This document shows, piece after piece, positions 27,309-37,532 of a DNA stretch of 64,000 bases; the stretch's first letter is position 1; every line of letters begins with the position of its first letter. The notes below the pieces were generated by a model, which had not been told where the DNA came from, ran no database searches, and saw nothing but the letters and a program-made list of their open reading frames with translations. This DNA is from Melioribacter roseus (lineage in GTDB: Bacteria; Bacteroidota; Ignavibacteria; Ignavibacteriales; Melioribacteraceae). Where the stretch lies: positions 4,674 through 68,673 of the forward strand of contig DYHH01000001.1 in assembly GCA_020724265.1 (NCBI GenBank). Reading direction: 5' to 3'. The translations under genes were made by a program, and so were the position numbers.

Positions 27309-27467
27309 ATGAAAATTAATTTAAAAGAAATTGACAATAGACTTTTAAAAGAAGCATTATCACTTAATCCTGACAAAACATCTAAGGAAATTATTGAAAA
27401 AGCAATTAGACTTTTAGTCCGTACAAAGACCCAAGACATGCGGATAAATACTAAAGTAACGAATTAA
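27309..27467 (+). CDS. Small ORF (52 aa) resembling a VapB/DUF2191-type type II antitoxin; no adjacent toxin
   Basis: Translated by hand: MKINLKEIDNRLLKEALSLNPDKTSKEIIEKAIRLLVRTKTQDMRINTKVTN. It fits the VapB-type pattern I-D-x-x-L-L-x-E-A-L-x-L-x(3)-K-T-x-K-E-I-I-E-x-A-I-R-x-L-V. It is below the 60-aa cutoff of the ORF track. Confidence 0.5.
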   Translation: MKINLKEIDNRLLKEALSLNPDKTSKEIIEKAIRLLVRTKTQDMRINTKVTN

Positions 27468-27478
27468 ATTGGTAAGCT

Positions 27479-28126
27479 ATGTCATTAAAAATTAACAAAT
27501 TCGTCTTCAGCCCCTTCATGGAAAACACTTATGTAATTTGGGATGATGAAACTAAAGAAACTGCCGTTATCGATCCCGGTTGTCACGATACAAATGAAGA
27601 AATTGAATTGGAAAAATTCATTGATAGAAATAATCTTAAAATAAAATATCTCATCAACACTCATTGTCACATCGATCATGTTTTCGGGAATGCATTTGTT
27701 AAAGAAAAATATTCACCAATATTTTTAGCACCGGAAGAAGATAAATTTTTACTTCACAATGCCGTTGAGCAAGGAAAAATGTTTGCAATAGATGTAAAGC
27801 CTTCTCCCGAACCTGATGACTTCATTTATGACGGCATGTCGATTAAACTCGGCAATATTAAAAATGAATTTCTGTTTACTCCCGGTCATACTCCGGGTGA
27901 GTACTGCATCTATTTTGAAGAGGATAAAATTTGTATTACAGGAGACGTTCTGTTTAGAGAAGGAATAGGAAGAACCGATCTTTGGGGAGGAGATACAAAT
28001 ACTTTGCTGAATTCTATCCGTACAAGATTATTTACTTTACCGGATGATGTGGTTATTTATCCCGGTCATGGTGAGGAAAGCACAATTGGTCATGAAAAGA
28101 CAAATAATCCATTTTTAGATTTGTAG
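27479..28126 (+). CDS. MBL-fold metallo-hydrolase (glyoxalase II-like)
   Basis: Metallo-beta-lactamase motif THCHIDH, downstream TPGHTPG, GDVLF and YPGHG. Confidence 0.85.
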   Translation: MSLKINKFVFSPFMENTYVIWDDETKETAVIDPGCHDTNEEIELEKFIDRNNLKIKYLINTHCHIDHVFGNAFVKEKYSPIFLAPEEDKFLLHNAVEQGKMFAIDVKPSPEPDDFIYDGMSIKLGNIKNEFLFTPGHTPGEYCIYFEEDKICITGDVLFREGIGRTDLWGGDTNTLLNSIRTRLFTLPDDVVIYPGHGEESTIGHEKTNNPFLDL

Positions 28127-28178
28127 TTTGATTTAAGGCACATCAATAAATATATTGGTCTAAACAAACTTTGCGATT

Positions 28179-28946
28179 ATGAAATTAAATAGTATTCAAA
28201 AAAAAATTATTCTTAAGAACCGGTTAACATTTTTATTTGTTTTATTATTCGTCTATATATTATTATTTGAATTTATTCTCCCGGTAAATAAAATATTACC
28301 AAAACCAAGTTTGCTGCTCGATTCTATACCGGCACTTTTTTCAGAATATAATCTTCTTTATGAGATGGCAATTACCACTTCAATTATTTATCTGGCGATT
28401 GCTATAGGATTTTTATTTGTATGGATGCTTTCCTTTTATTTTGCCACCATTGTAAATCGTAACATAGGTATTTTTAATAATCTTCGATTATTCAAAAACT
28501 TCCCGGCATTTTTCTTTGCAATCCTTTTCGCATTTTGGTTCGAAGGTTCTGTCTTTGCGGAATTGTTGTTCACTGTAATTGTATCAACATTTTTTATCTC
28601 TATTTCATTCATGAATTCAGCTATTACACTTCCAACCGAGTACAAAGATGCGGCAAAGAGTTTAATGATTGAAGAAATGAAATTTCACAATAACATAACC
28701 TGGAAATATTCACTACCGAAAATGTTTGATGAACTTCATAAGTTACATTATTATTTATGGGTACTTGTTTTGATATTTGAATTCGTTAGTGCACTTAACG
28801 GGTTCGGTTCAATTTATAAATTAGCTCTTAATTACAACGATCTTTCTGTAATAATTCTTTTAGGAATTATTATTGCATTACTAATTTGGCTTGGCAATTC
28901 TATTATTGATAATATAGAAAAGAAACTTATTTTTTGGAAAGCTTAG
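28179..28946 (+). CDS. ABC transporter permease-like membrane protein (NitT/TauT-like, divergent)
   Basis: About 6 hydrophobic helices. N-terminal ILPKPSLLLDS as in SsuC/TauC-type permeases. A weak EAA-loop-like segment (YKDAAKSLMIEEMKFHNNITWKYSLPKMF). 4 nt upstream of an ABC ATPase-like gene. Confidence 0.6.
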   Translation: MKLNSIQKKIILKNRLTFLFVLLFVYILLFEFILPVNKILPKPSLLLDSIPALFSEYNLLYEMAITTSIIYLAIAIGFLFVWMLSFYFATIVNRNIGIFNNLRLFKNFPAFFFAILFAFWFEGSVFAELLFTVIVSTFFISISFMNSAITLPTEYKDAAKSLMIEEMKFHNNITWKYSLPKMFDELHKLHYYLWVLVLIFEFVSALNGFGSIYKLALNYNDLSVIILLGIIIALLIWLGNSIIDNIEKKLIFWKA

Positions 28947-28950
28947 TGGT

Positions 28951-29706
28951 ATGAATAAAATTCTTGAAGTAAATAATTTATCCAAAGACTATAATGATGA
29001 AACCGGATTCAATGTTCATCTTCTCGAAGATATATCTTTAGAGGTAACAGAGAATTCTATTACAACAATATTGGCTCCAGCCGGTGCCGGTAAAACATCC
29101 TTGCTAAAAATCTTAAGCGGAATTGAATCGCTAACTTCCGGTCAGATTAAAATTAATTCTGAAAATCAACGGGTTGTTTATATACCTTCTAAACCTTCCT
29201 CATTTCCGTGGTATTCTGTAAAGCAAAATATTTCTTTAGTTAACCGGGATGATGAAAAAATTAAATCGATTGTAGAGTTTGTAGGATTAGAAGGATATGA
29301 AGATCATTTCCCCGAAAACAACAGCGTTGGATTCCGGTTTAGAATTTCATTAGCAAGAGCATTAGCTGCGGAACCGGACATAATTATTTTAGATGAACCG
29401 TTTGATAAAAAGATAAAACCTGTTACACTGGAAAGACTATATGAATTATTGCTTTCATTAAAATCAAAATTAGGAATTACATTTCTATTGGGGACTTCAA
29501 ATCTTTCTGAAGCAATTCTACTTTCCGATGAAATTTATTTAATGCAGAAAGAACCGGGGAAAATTATTGACTCGATTCAAATTAGTTTTGATAACGAAAG
29601 ATATGTTGAATTAATGAGCAGTGAAAAATTTATAAACTACAGAAATAAAATCGAAGAATTGTTGAAAAATCAAAAAGAACAGAGTCTATCAAACATTACA
29701 ATATAA
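28951..29706 (+). CDS. ABC ATPase-like protein with degenerate Q-loop, signature and H-loop motifs
   Basis: Walker [10 protein letters not shown] and Walker B IIILDEPF are present. The Q-loop position reads [10 protein letters not shown] (no Gln). The LSGGQ position reads [15 protein letters not shown]. The H-loop position reads LGTSNLSEA (no His). Confidence 0.75.
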   Translation: MNKILEVNNLSKDYNDETGFNVHLLEDISLEVTENSITTILAPAGAGKTSLLKILSGIESLTSGQIKINSENQRVVYIPSKPSSFPWYSVKQNISLVNRDDEKIKSIVEFVGLEGYEDHFPENNSVGFRFRISLARALAAEPDIIILDEPFDKKIKPVTLERLYELLLSLKSKLGITFLLGTSNLSEAILLSDEIYLMQKEPGKIIDSIQISFDNERYVELMSSEKFINYRNKIEELLKNQKEQSLSNITI

Positions 29707-29708
29707 TA

Positions 29709-31253
29709 ATGAAAGATAACTGGAAAGAAATAGAAAAACTAAGAGCCGAAGCCAAATTAGGTGGTGGTGAAAAACGAATTAAAGCACAACACGATAAAGG
29801 CAAATTAACTGCCCGCGAAAGAATTGAACTGCTTGTTGATGAAGGAAGTTTTGAAGAAATCGACATGTTTGTTAAACATCGTGCTGCTGATTTTGGTTTG
29901 GATAAAATGAAACTACCCGGCGACGGAGTGGTTACCGGGTTTGCAAAAATAAATAATAGACCTGTTGGAATCTTCAGTCAAGATTTTACGGTATTCGGCG
30001 GTTCTCTTTCCGAAGCTCATGCAGAAAAAATTTGTAAAGTTATGGATCAGTGCCTTAAAATTGGTATTCCCATAATCGGATTAAATGATTCCGGTGGTGC
30101 AAGAATACAAGAAGGAGTTGTTAGCCTTGGTGGTTATGCGGAAATATTTTTACGAAATACGTTGGCATCCGGAGTTGTACCACAAATTTCTGCCGTGTTA
30201 GGTCCTTGTGCAGGTGGTGCAGTTTATTCACCGGCAATTACCGACTTTATTTTCATGGTTCAGCAGACAAGCCACATGTTTGTAACCGGTCCGAATGTTG
30301 TAAAAACAGTTACGCATGAAGAAGTTACTTTTGAAGATTTAGGGGGAGCGGCTACGCACGCATCAAAAAGTGGTGTAGCACATTTTTCGTTTGATTCCGA
30401 AATTGAAGTTTTTCAAAACATCAGAAAATTATTTGATTTTCTTCCGTTGAATTGGAAAGATAGAAGTCCCGAAAAAGAATTTGATTTCACAAAAGATTTT
30501 ATCGAACCGAAACTTGATGATATTGTGCCGGAGAATCCGAACAAACCATATAACATGTACGATATTATCTGTATGCTTGTTGACGACCATGATTTTCTTG
30601 AAGTACATAAGTATTATGCACAAAATTTAATAGTCGGTTTCGGTAGAATTGGTGGTATGACAGTCGGTGTAGTTGCTAATCAGCCATCGGTTTTAGCCGG
30701 AGTACTTGATATAAATGCTTCAACAAAAGGTGCAAGATTTGTAAGATTCTGTGATGCATTTAATATTCCTTTATTAGTGTTGGAAGATGTACCGGGCTTC
30801 TTACCAGGAACCGAACAGGAATGGAATGGAATTATTCGACACGGTGCAAAATTACTTTTTGCTTTTTGTGAAGCAACAGTTCCAAAAGTTACGGTTATCA
30901 CACGTAAAGCTTACGGCGGTGCTTACGATGTGATGAACTCAAAACATATACGCGGAGATTTTAATATTGCTTGGCCTACTGCTGAGATTGCAGTTATGGG
31001 TCCTAAAGGTGCTGTTGAAATAATTTTCAAAAAAGAAATTGAATCTTCCGAAAATCCTGAGAAAAAAGTTCAGGAAAAAGTAGAAGAATACAGAGAAAAA
31101 TTTGCAAATCCGTTCATTGCAGCCGAGCGGGGTTATCTTGACGATGTAATTAAACCTCGTGAAACAAGGCAAAAACTGATAAACGCATTTCAACTTCTTA
31201 AAACAAAAGTAGATTCAAATCCGAAAAAAAAGCATTGCAACATACCGCTTTAA
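29709..31253 (+). CDS. Acyl-CoA carboxylase carboxyltransferase subunit (PccB / methylmalonyl-CoA decarboxylase alpha-like)
   Basis: Full-length match to the family pattern: [82 protein letters not shown]. Confidence 0.9.
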   Translation: MKDNWKEIEKLRAEAKLGGGEKRIKAQHDKGKLTARERIELLVDEGSFEEIDMFVKHRAADFGLDKMKLPGDGVVTGFAKINNRPVGIFSQDFTVFGGSLSEAHAEKICKVMDQCLKIGIPIIGLNDSGGARIQEGVVSLGGYAEIFLRNTLASGVVPQISAVLGPCAGGAVYSPAITDFIFMVQQTSHMFVTGPNVVKTVTHEEVTFEDLGGAATHASKSGVAHFSFDSEIEVFQNIRKLFDFLPLNWKDRSPEKEFDFTKDFIEPKLDDIVPENPNKPYNMYDIICMLVDDHDFLEVHKYYAQNLIVGFGRIGGMTVGVVANQPSVLAGVLDINASTKGARFVRFCDAFNIPLLVLEDVPGFLPGTEQEWNGIIRHGAKLLFAFCEATVPKVTVITRKAYGGAYDVMNSKHIRGDFNIAWPTAEIAVMGPKGAVEIIFKKEIESSENPEKKVQEKVEEYREKFANPFIAAERGYLDDVIKPRETRQKLINAFQLLKTKVDSNPKKKHCNIPL

Positions 31254-31339
31254 GTTAAAGTATTATATAAAATCGGAAATTAAAATCTCACGTAACTCAT
31301 TTCATTTTAATAATTAACAGAAATCCTATCATAAATAAC

Positions 31340-31368
31340 TTGACAATATTTTGATAAGGTATTATTTT
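31340..31368 (+). promoter_or_regulatory. Candidate sigma70-like promoter (TTGACA-17 nt-TATTTT) upstream of the LysM transglycosylase gene
   Basis: TTGACA at 31340..31345, a 17-nt spacer, then TATTTT at 31363..31368, about 30 nt before the GTG start. This is a motif match only in AT-rich DNA. Confidence 0.3.
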
Positions 31369-31397
31369 TCATAAGCATTTCAATAAAAGGAGAGTAG

Positions 31398-34190
31398 GTG
31401 AAACCTGGAAAAATTTTACTAATTACCATTCTTTTTACATTTCTTACATCTTGCGGTATATTTTCCGATGCATCTAAATCAGATCAACAAATCTCAGAAG
31501 AAACTCCCAAATCTGTTGAAGCTTATATTCTCGTAAACGAGATGATGGAAAAAGCACGTCAAAGTTATGTCGATGCTCTTAGGTTTCAGAGACTTGGCTT
31601 CAAAAAGGAAGCAATTAACTCTTATGAAGATGCATTAAAAACTATAAACGAATTAAGTTACTATCCCGATATCGAGTCTAACGAATCATATTTTGAGTTG
31701 GAGAACTCTATAGTTGAAGACTATCAAGGTTTTATCAACACACTCGATGAACTTCCGGCAGATGTTTCTATTGCTGCTTTAGAAGATTGGCTTTCTAAGC
31801 AAATGCCAGATATAGAACTTGTTGAAGATGATACAGATGAAGAACCTATCGAAAATCAAACTATTATCATAGGTGATTTTCCGTTGGATATGAACCGTTA
31901 CGTTGAACAGTACATTGAATACTTTACCGGACGAGGAAGAAAATATATGGAAGCCTGGCTCAGCCGTTCCGGAAAATATTTCCCCATGATGGTTAGAATA
32001 TTCAATGAAGAACAGGTTCCAACACAACTTTTATTTTTAAGTATGATTGAAAGCGGGTTAAATCCCTCTGCAAGATCTTGGGCGCGTGCTGTCGGCTTAT
32101 GGCAATTTATTAAAAGTACAGGTCAACTATATGATTTGGACGGAGATTTTTATGTTGATGACAGAAGAGACCCGGAAAAATCAACGAGAGCTGCTGCCCG
32201 TCATTTACGTGACCTTTATTATTCATTAGGCGATTGGTATTTAGCCTTAGCATCTTACAACGCCGGCGAAGGAAGAATTAGAAGAGCAATTAAACGAGCC
32301 GGTTCAAGTGATTTCTGGGAAATAAGGAGATTCTTACCCAAAGAAACGAGAAATTATGTGCCTCAATATATTGCAGTTACTTTAATTGCAAGTCAACCGG
32401 AAAACTACGGCTTCACAAATATTCAATACGAAAAAGAATACGATTATGTTGTACATGAGATAAACGAAGCAATTGATCTAAAAGTTTTAGCGCGTTGTGC
32501 CGGCGTTTCATTGGAAATACTAAAAGATATGAATCCCTCTTTATTGCAGTATTCAACTCCGCCTACAAGAGTTCGTCCGTTTGAATTAAAAGTTCCTTCA
32601 AAAACTTATTCGGTATTTGTTGAAAACCTTCAAAGTATTCCCGATGATGCGAAATTACAATATGTTGTTCATACTGTAAGAAAAGGCGAAACACTTTCCG
32701 GAATAGCTTATAAATACGGCGTAAATGTAAATGAATTAGCGAAGACAAATAATATTTCGGTAAGATCAAGAATTTATCCCGGCGTAGATATGAAAATTCC
32801 CATTTCAAATATTTCTACCGATGATATCGTTATTAATACGGATAATTTAGCCGCCTTGGAGGAAACTGATTTATATGTTTTAAATAATTCTTCTCCATAC
32901 AAACTTCAAGTTGCTGAAACCGTTGAAGAAGATAAATATCTAAAATTATATCAGCAGCAAGTTGGTGAGACACAGCAGGTTGACTTAGTTATTCCCGAAG
33001 GAATGGAATCCGTTACTTACATTGTTAAATCCGGAGATAAATTAATAGACCTCGCAGAAGTATTCGATGTTAGAGTTTCGGATATCAGAAACTGGAATAA
33101 TCTTCCATACACAAGTACTATTGTTGTTGGGCAGGAACTTAATATTTTTGTCCCTTCGGATAAAAAAGATTTCTATGCAGCAATTGATAATTTATCTCGT
33201 GCTCAAAAAACTCGTTTGCAAAATATGGAAGTAGAAGGTTCTTGGGTTAAACATAGAATAAGAAGAGGAGAATCTTTATCTACAATAGCTTATAAATATG
33301 GTGTTGCAATTAATCAAATAAAGAGATGGAACAATTTACGTTCGAATAAAATTGTTGCAGGTAAAACTCTTGAAATTTATGTCGGAGATGAAAAGAATTT
33401 AGTTGCTTCAAGTTCAACATCCGGAAGTACGGATTTTTCGACATATAGAATTAAAAACGGCGATACAATCAGCGGTATAGCCGAAAAATTCAATATAACC
33501 ACAGCGCAGTTGAGAGAATGGAATAATCTTTCCGGTGATAAAATTATTGCCGGTAAAACTCTTAGGGTTAGAGGTGATGAAACTCCGAGATCGTACGGAG
33601 ATAATTCCGCAAGCAGGGGAGCAAATGCGGTAAATTATACTATAAGAAAAGGCGATACGATAAGTGATATTGCAACTAAATATGGGGTGCGTAATGCTGA
33701 TATAAGAGAATGGAACGGTTTAAATAACGATAAAATTGTTGCCGGTTCCAATCTTGTAATATATACTAACCTTACCGAAGATCAAGTTACGGATTCACGA
33801 ATCGCAAGTTCTGAAGAATTTAAATCTGATTCTGATGGCTCGGTAATATATATTGTTAAAAAAGGTGATACAATTGGTCATATTGCAGATAGATTTATGG
33901 TTCGAGGTGATGAGATTCGTAAATGGAATAGTATTTCCGGCAGCAGAATTAATATCGGGCAGCAATTAGTACTTTATCCGGGTAAATCAACCAGAGATAA
34001 TTCCGGTGAATCTGTTCAGACATTTGCAAATCTGTCAAATAATTCTATATTACATAAGGTAAATGAAGGCGAATCACTCTGGACAATTGCTAAAAAGTAT
34101 AATGTTCGTGTTGCAGATATAATGAAATGGAATTCATTAAATACTGATAGAATTCATCCCGGTTCAGAGTTAAGAATTGTAAATCAATAG
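31398..34190 (+). CDS. Lipoprotein lytic transglycosylase (MltD-like) with seven C-terminal LysM domains
   Basis: Lipobox LTSC. SLT catalytic region [24 protein letters not shown]...YNAGEGR. Seven LysM modules (e.g. [56 protein letters not shown]). GTG start after AAGGAGAG. Confidence 0.88.
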   Translation: MKPGKILLITILFTFLTSCGIFSDASKSDQQISEETPKSVEAYILVNEMMEKARQSYVDALRFQRLGFKKEAINSYEDALKTINELSYYPDIESNESYFELENSIVEDYQGFINTLDELPADVSIAALEDWLSKQMPDIELVEDDTDEEPIENQTIIIGDFPLDMNRYVEQYIEYFTGRGRKYMEAWLSRSGKYFPMMVRIFNEEQVPTQLLFLSMIESGLNPSARSWARAVGLWQFIKSTGQLYDLDGDFYVDDRRDPEKSTRAAARHLRDLYYSLGDWYLALASYNAGEGRIRRAIKRAGSSDFWEIRRFLPKETRNYVPQYIAVTLIASQPENYGFTNIQYEKEYDYVVHEINEAIDLKVLARCAGVSLEILKDMNPSLLQYSTPPTRVRPFELKVPSKTYSVFVENLQSIPDDAKLQYVVHTVRKGETLSGIAYKYGVNVNELAKTNNISVRSRIYPGVDMKIPISNISTDDIVINTDNLAALEETDLYVLNNSSPYKLQVAETVEEDKYLKLYQQQVGETQQVDLVIPEGMESVTYIVKSGDKLIDLAEVFDVRVSDIRNWNNLPYTSTIVVGQELNIFVPSDKKDFYAAIDNLSRAQKTRLQNMEVEGSWVKHRIRRGESLSTIAYKYGVAINQIKRWNNLRSNKIVAGKTLEIYVGDEKNLVASSSTSGSTDFSTYRIKNGDTISGIAEKFNITTAQLREWNNLSGDKIIAGKTLRVRGDETPRSYGDNSASRGANAVNYTIRKGDTISDIATKYGVRNADIREWNGLNNDKIVAGSNLVIYTNLTEDQVTDSRIASSEEFKSDSDGSVIYIVKKGDTIGHIADRFMVRGDEIRKWNSISGSRINIGQQLVLYPGKSTRDNSGESVQTFANLSNNSILHKVNEGESLWTIAKKYNVRVADIMKWNSLNTDRIHPGSELRIVNQ
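32661..34187 (+). repeat. Seven tandemly arranged LysM-coding modules (intragenic, divergent at DNA level)
   Basis: The protein-level motif [YH]x[IV][RK]xG[ED][ST]Lx(2)IAxK[YF]x[VI]x(4)[IL]xxWN recurs seven times, separated by Ser/Asp/Glu-rich linkers. Confidence 0.75.
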
Positions 34191-34215
34191 TTCATATAAA
34201 TTTTGTAGTCGAATA

Positions 34216-34297
34216 CCGTTAGGGGTGCCCTTTAGTTTTTGCGGGCTGAGATAACACCCTTGAACCTGATCTGGATAATACCAGCGTAGGAAAACGG
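34216..34297 (+). promoter_or_regulatory. TPP (THI-box) riboswitch aptamer
   Basis: CCGTTAGGGGTGCCC...GGGCTGAGATAACACCCTTGAACCTGATCTGGATAATACCAGCGTAGGAAAACGG matches the conserved THI-element core (GGGGUGC, CUGAGA, ACCUGAUCUGGAUAAUGCCAGCGUAGGGAA). P1 is closed by CCGTT (34216..34220) / AACGG (34293..34297). It lies in the 5' leader of a TonB-receptor/thiamine pyrophosphokinase operon. Confidence 0.9.
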
Positions 34298-34317
34298 AGA
34301 GAAGTTTTAACTCTCTC

Positions 34318-34352
34318 AAGCCGTTTTCTTTTCGGGATTCGGCTTTTTTTTT
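34318..34352 (+). terminator. Candidate riboswitch expression-platform terminator
   Basis: AAGCCG (34318..34323) can pair with CGGCTT (34340..34345) and is followed by a T-run ending at 34352 (9 consecutive T from 34344). The 16-nt loop is long, so the hairpin is weak. Its 5' arm overlaps an alternative hairpin with the aptamer 3' strand. Confidence 0.4.
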
Positions 34353-34377
34353 ATCATTTAATAAAAAGGAGAGAGTC

Positions 34378-36870
34378 ATGTTTAAGAAATTCACATTACT
34401 GATCATTTTTTGCACGGTAATTCAAGCCCAAATTTCAATAACCGGTAAAATTGTAAACTCAGAGTCCAATGAATCCCTTTCAAATGCTAATGTTTTTGTT
34501 GTTGGAACTAATTACGGTACTCCTTCCGATAATGAAGGAAAGTTCTCGATAACAGGGAATTTTTCAACCGACGATGTATTAAGAATTTCATTTATAGGTT
34601 TTGAAGCTGTCGAATTGACTGTGACACAATTTAATCAATTACCGGGCGGTATTATAAAACTCACACCAAAAGTTTTAACAAGTCAAAGTGTTTTGGTAAG
34701 TGCATCTATTGGTAAAGAGGGATTTTCACCAATAACATTTTCAAAAATAAAAAAGAAAGAAATTCAAGAAAGATATTCCGTACAAGATGTGCCGGAATTT
34801 TTAAGCTATTTACCCAATACAACATTTTATTCTGAATCTGGTAACGGAATTGGGTACAATTATTTAAGTATCCGTGGTTTTGATCAACGAAGAATTTCTA
34901 TTTCTGTAAATGGTATCCCTCAAAATGATCCCGAAGATCATAATATATATTGGCTTGATCTTCCCAATTTACTTGGAAGTACGGAGTTAATTCAGGTTCA
35001 GCGGGGTGCCGGTTCGGGTGTTATCGGTTATCCTGCAGTAGGTGGTTCAATTAATATAATTACTTCTGCATTTTCCGATAATCTAAAATATGACCTCGGT
35101 ACTGTTTACGGCAGTTACAATACTAGAAAATATACCGCTTCATTTTCGAGCGGCTTGATTGAAAATAAATATTCCCTTTACGCAAAATTCGGGAAAGTAC
35201 TTAGTTCCGGTTATCGTCATCAAAGCTGGGTTGATTTTAATTCTTATCACTTATCGGCTGTTAGGTATGATGAAAATGTAACAACACAAATTAACTTATA
35301 CGGCGGACCGATTTCCGACGGACTTGCTTACAACGGTCTTGCTAAGTTTGCTATTAAGGATAAAGAATTGCGCAAAGAAAATTTATCATATTGGGAAGCA
35401 GATCAAAATGATTATACTTATAAATCATACAGAAGACCCGATGAAATTGAAAATTTTTCTCAACCGCATTTTGAATTGCTTAATGAGTTTAAGATTTCTG
35501 ATAATGTTACTTTTAATAATGCATTATTTTTAATTCTTGGTGATGGATTTTTTGATTATGACGGTTCTTGGGCTGATTCTTCTTATTTCAGATTGACAAG
35601 AGATAACGGATTTATATTAGACGGTAATCCACAAAATGTTTTAATTCGAGCAATGGTAGAAAATAAACAATGGGGTATTATTCCTCGTGTACAATGGAAG
35701 CATCTTAACGGAGAATTAACAACCGGTATTGAATATAGAAATCACAGATCCGTGCATTGGGGCAGTCTGCGATACGGAGAAAACTTACCAAGTGGTATTA
35801 CTCAAGATTATCGTTATTATTATTATGAAGGCGGAAAGGATATATTTAACTTTTTCGTAAATGAAAATTATGAACTTAGTGATCGATTAAATGTTATGGC
35901 TGAGTTGCAGATTGCTTATCATAATTATGAAATTGCAAATGAGAGGTATCTTAATAATGAATTTCAGATAAATAATTTATTCCTTAATCCGCGTATCGGA
36001 TTGAATTATAAATTTTCACCATCAATAAATTCATACATTTCATTTGCAAGAGTAACAAGAGAACCAAGACTAAAAAATTATTATGATGCAGCAGAATCAA
36101 GCGGGGGAGCTGTTCCTCAATTCGAGCAAAATATTGACGGTAGTTTTGATTTTAATAATCCATTAGTAAAACCGGAGTCAATGAATAATCTTGAAGTTGG
36201 AGCGAATTATTCTGAAGATAAAATAAATTTATCCATCAACTTTTATTATATGTTATTTGATGACGAAATTGTTAAGAGCGGTCAACTAGATCGATTTGGT
36301 CAGCCTATTACAGGAAATATTGATAAAACGGTACATACAGGAATCGAATTTACCGGTTCAATAAAATTTTTGGACCATTTTGACTTAACACTAAACGGAT
36401 CGGTAAGTAAGAATTATATCAGTTCAGGCAATACTTATCTTAGATGGAGAAATCAAACGACAGGCGAAAGAGAAACTATTGAATTGAATTTAACAGATAA
36501 CGAAATCGGTGGTTTCCCAAGCACAACATTTAACGCAATTCTAAGATTCTATTATTCGGATTTTTCAATTCAATTATTTGGGAAATATGTTGGAGAATAT
36601 TATTCGGACAACTACGGAGACAAATTGAATAGCTACTTACAAGTATACCCCGGCATAATAGATTATAATGATAATCTTGTTGAATCCTATTTTGTTGCAA
36701 ATCTAATTACAAACTACGAGTTTTCTATTCAACCGGTATTCAAAAAGGTTAAGTTATTTGTGCAGGTAAATAATATCTTTGACAATCTTTATGCAGCCCA
36801 TGCAGTTGGCAAAGAATTTTACCCGGCCGCAGAAAGAAATTATCTTGTCGGATTAACTCTCGGTTTATAA
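34378..36870 (+). CDS. TonB-dependent outer-membrane receptor (CarboxypepD_reg N-domain + plug + barrel), TPP-riboswitch controlled
   Basis: Signal peptide, then a carboxypeptidase-regulatory-like domain (ITGKIVNSESNESLSNANVFVVGTNYGTPSDNEGKFSI). Plug motifs (LSIRGFDQRRISISVNGIPQNDPE...IQVQRGAGS). A long beta-barrel. AGGAGAGAG RBS. Confidence 0.88.
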   Translation: MFKKFTLLIIFCTVIQAQISITGKIVNSESNESLSNANVFVVGTNYGTPSDNEGKFSITGNFSTDDVLRISFIGFEAVELTVTQFNQLPGGIIKLTPKVLTSQSVLVSASIGKEGFSPITFSKIKKKEIQERYSVQDVPEFLSYLPNTTFYSESGNGIGYNYLSIRGFDQRRISISVNGIPQNDPEDHNIYWLDLPNLLGSTELIQVQRGAGSGVIGYPAVGGSINIITSAFSDNLKYDLGTVYGSYNTRKYTASFSSGLIENKYSLYAKFGKVLSSGYRHQSWVDFNSYHLSAVRYDENVTTQINLYGGPISDGLAYNGLAKFAIKDKELRKENLSYWEADQNDYTYKSYRRPDEIENFSQPHFELLNEFKISDNVTFNNALFLILGDGFFDYDGSWADSSYFRLTRDNGFILDGNPQNVLIRAMVENKQWGIIPRVQWKHLNGELTTGIEYRNHRSVHWGSLRYGENLPSGITQDYRYYYYEGGKDIFNFFVNENYELSDRLNVMAELQIAYHNYEIANERYLNNEFQINNLFLNPRIGLNYKFSPSINSYISFARVTREPRLKNYYDAAESSGGAVPQFEQNIDGSFDFNNPLVKPESMNNLEVGANYSEDKINLSINFYYMLFDDEIVKSGQLDRFGQPITGNIDKTVHTGIEFTGSIKFLDHFDLTLNGSVSKNYISSGNTYLRWRNQTTGERETIELNLTDNEIGGFPSTTFNAILRFYYSDFSIQLFGKYVGEYYSDNYGDKLNSYLQVYPGIIDYNDNLVESYFVANLITNYEFSIQPVFKKVKLFVQVNNIFDNLYAAHAVGKEFYPAAERNYLVGLTLGL

Positions 36871-37532
36871 TGAAAAAATGTTTGATATTGGCAAATGGCG
36901 ACGCTCCTAAAAAATCCGTGATTAAGTACTTGCAAAAATCGGGTTACACAACTTTAATTTGTGCCGATGGCGGTGCAAATACGGCTTTTAAATTAAATCT
37001 TATCCCCGGTTATATAATCGGGGATTTTGATTCGATAAATAAAGAGACAATTGATTTCTTCAAAGACAAGGTAAAATTTATTAAACTCAATAGACAAAAT
37101 GATACTGATGTTGAAAAGGCATTAAAACTTGCAATATCTAAAAAATATTCTGAGGTGATACTACTCGGTGCTACCGGTGATAGACTTGATCATTCTTTTT
37201 GCAATATCGGAGTATTATTAAAGTTTAGTGATAAGATTAACACGGCAATGCTTCATCAAAAATCTTTTATGAAAGTTTATAATAAAAGTACGGTTTTAAA
37301 TACATCTCAAGGAGAAGTGCTTTCTATTTATGGCATTGATCATAAAACCAAGATTACCTCTTCCGGTTTAAAGTATTCTTTAAATAATGATTCTTTACCA
37401 TTTGGAGTAAAAGAAAGTACAAGTAATGTTGCCATTGCCGATGAAGTTAAGATAAACATAACAGGTGGAAAAATTCTAATTGTGCGTGAATACGAGGTCT
37501 TGAAACGGAATGATTTCTTTAGACTTTCTTGA
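36870..37532 (+). CDS. thiN: Thiamine pyrophosphokinase
   Basis: TPK motifs ICADGGAN, IIGDFDS, QNDTDVEKAL, GATGDRLDHSF. The start overlaps the receptor stop (TAATG). Confidence 0.88.
   Translation: MKKCLILANGDAPKKSVIKYLQKSGYTTLICADGGANTAFKLNLIPGYIIGDFDSINKETIDFFKDKVKFIKLNRQNDTDVEKALKLAISKKYSEVILLGATGDRLDHSFCNIGVLLKFSDKINTAMLHQKSFMKVYNKSTVLNTSQGEVLSIYGIDHKTKITSSGLKYSLNNDSLPFGVKESTSNVAIADEVKINITGGKILIVREYEVLKRNDFFRLS

Noticed and set aside
34291-34332. The hairpin AAAACGGAGAGA...TCTCTCAAGCCGTTTT followed by CTTTT, considered as the riboswitch terminator.
   Set aside because: Its 5' arm contains the aptamer P1 3' strand, so TPP binding would disrupt it. That would give an ON switch, contrary to the expected repression of thiamine uptake. 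It is more likely the antiterminator/anti-sequestor, which remains untested.
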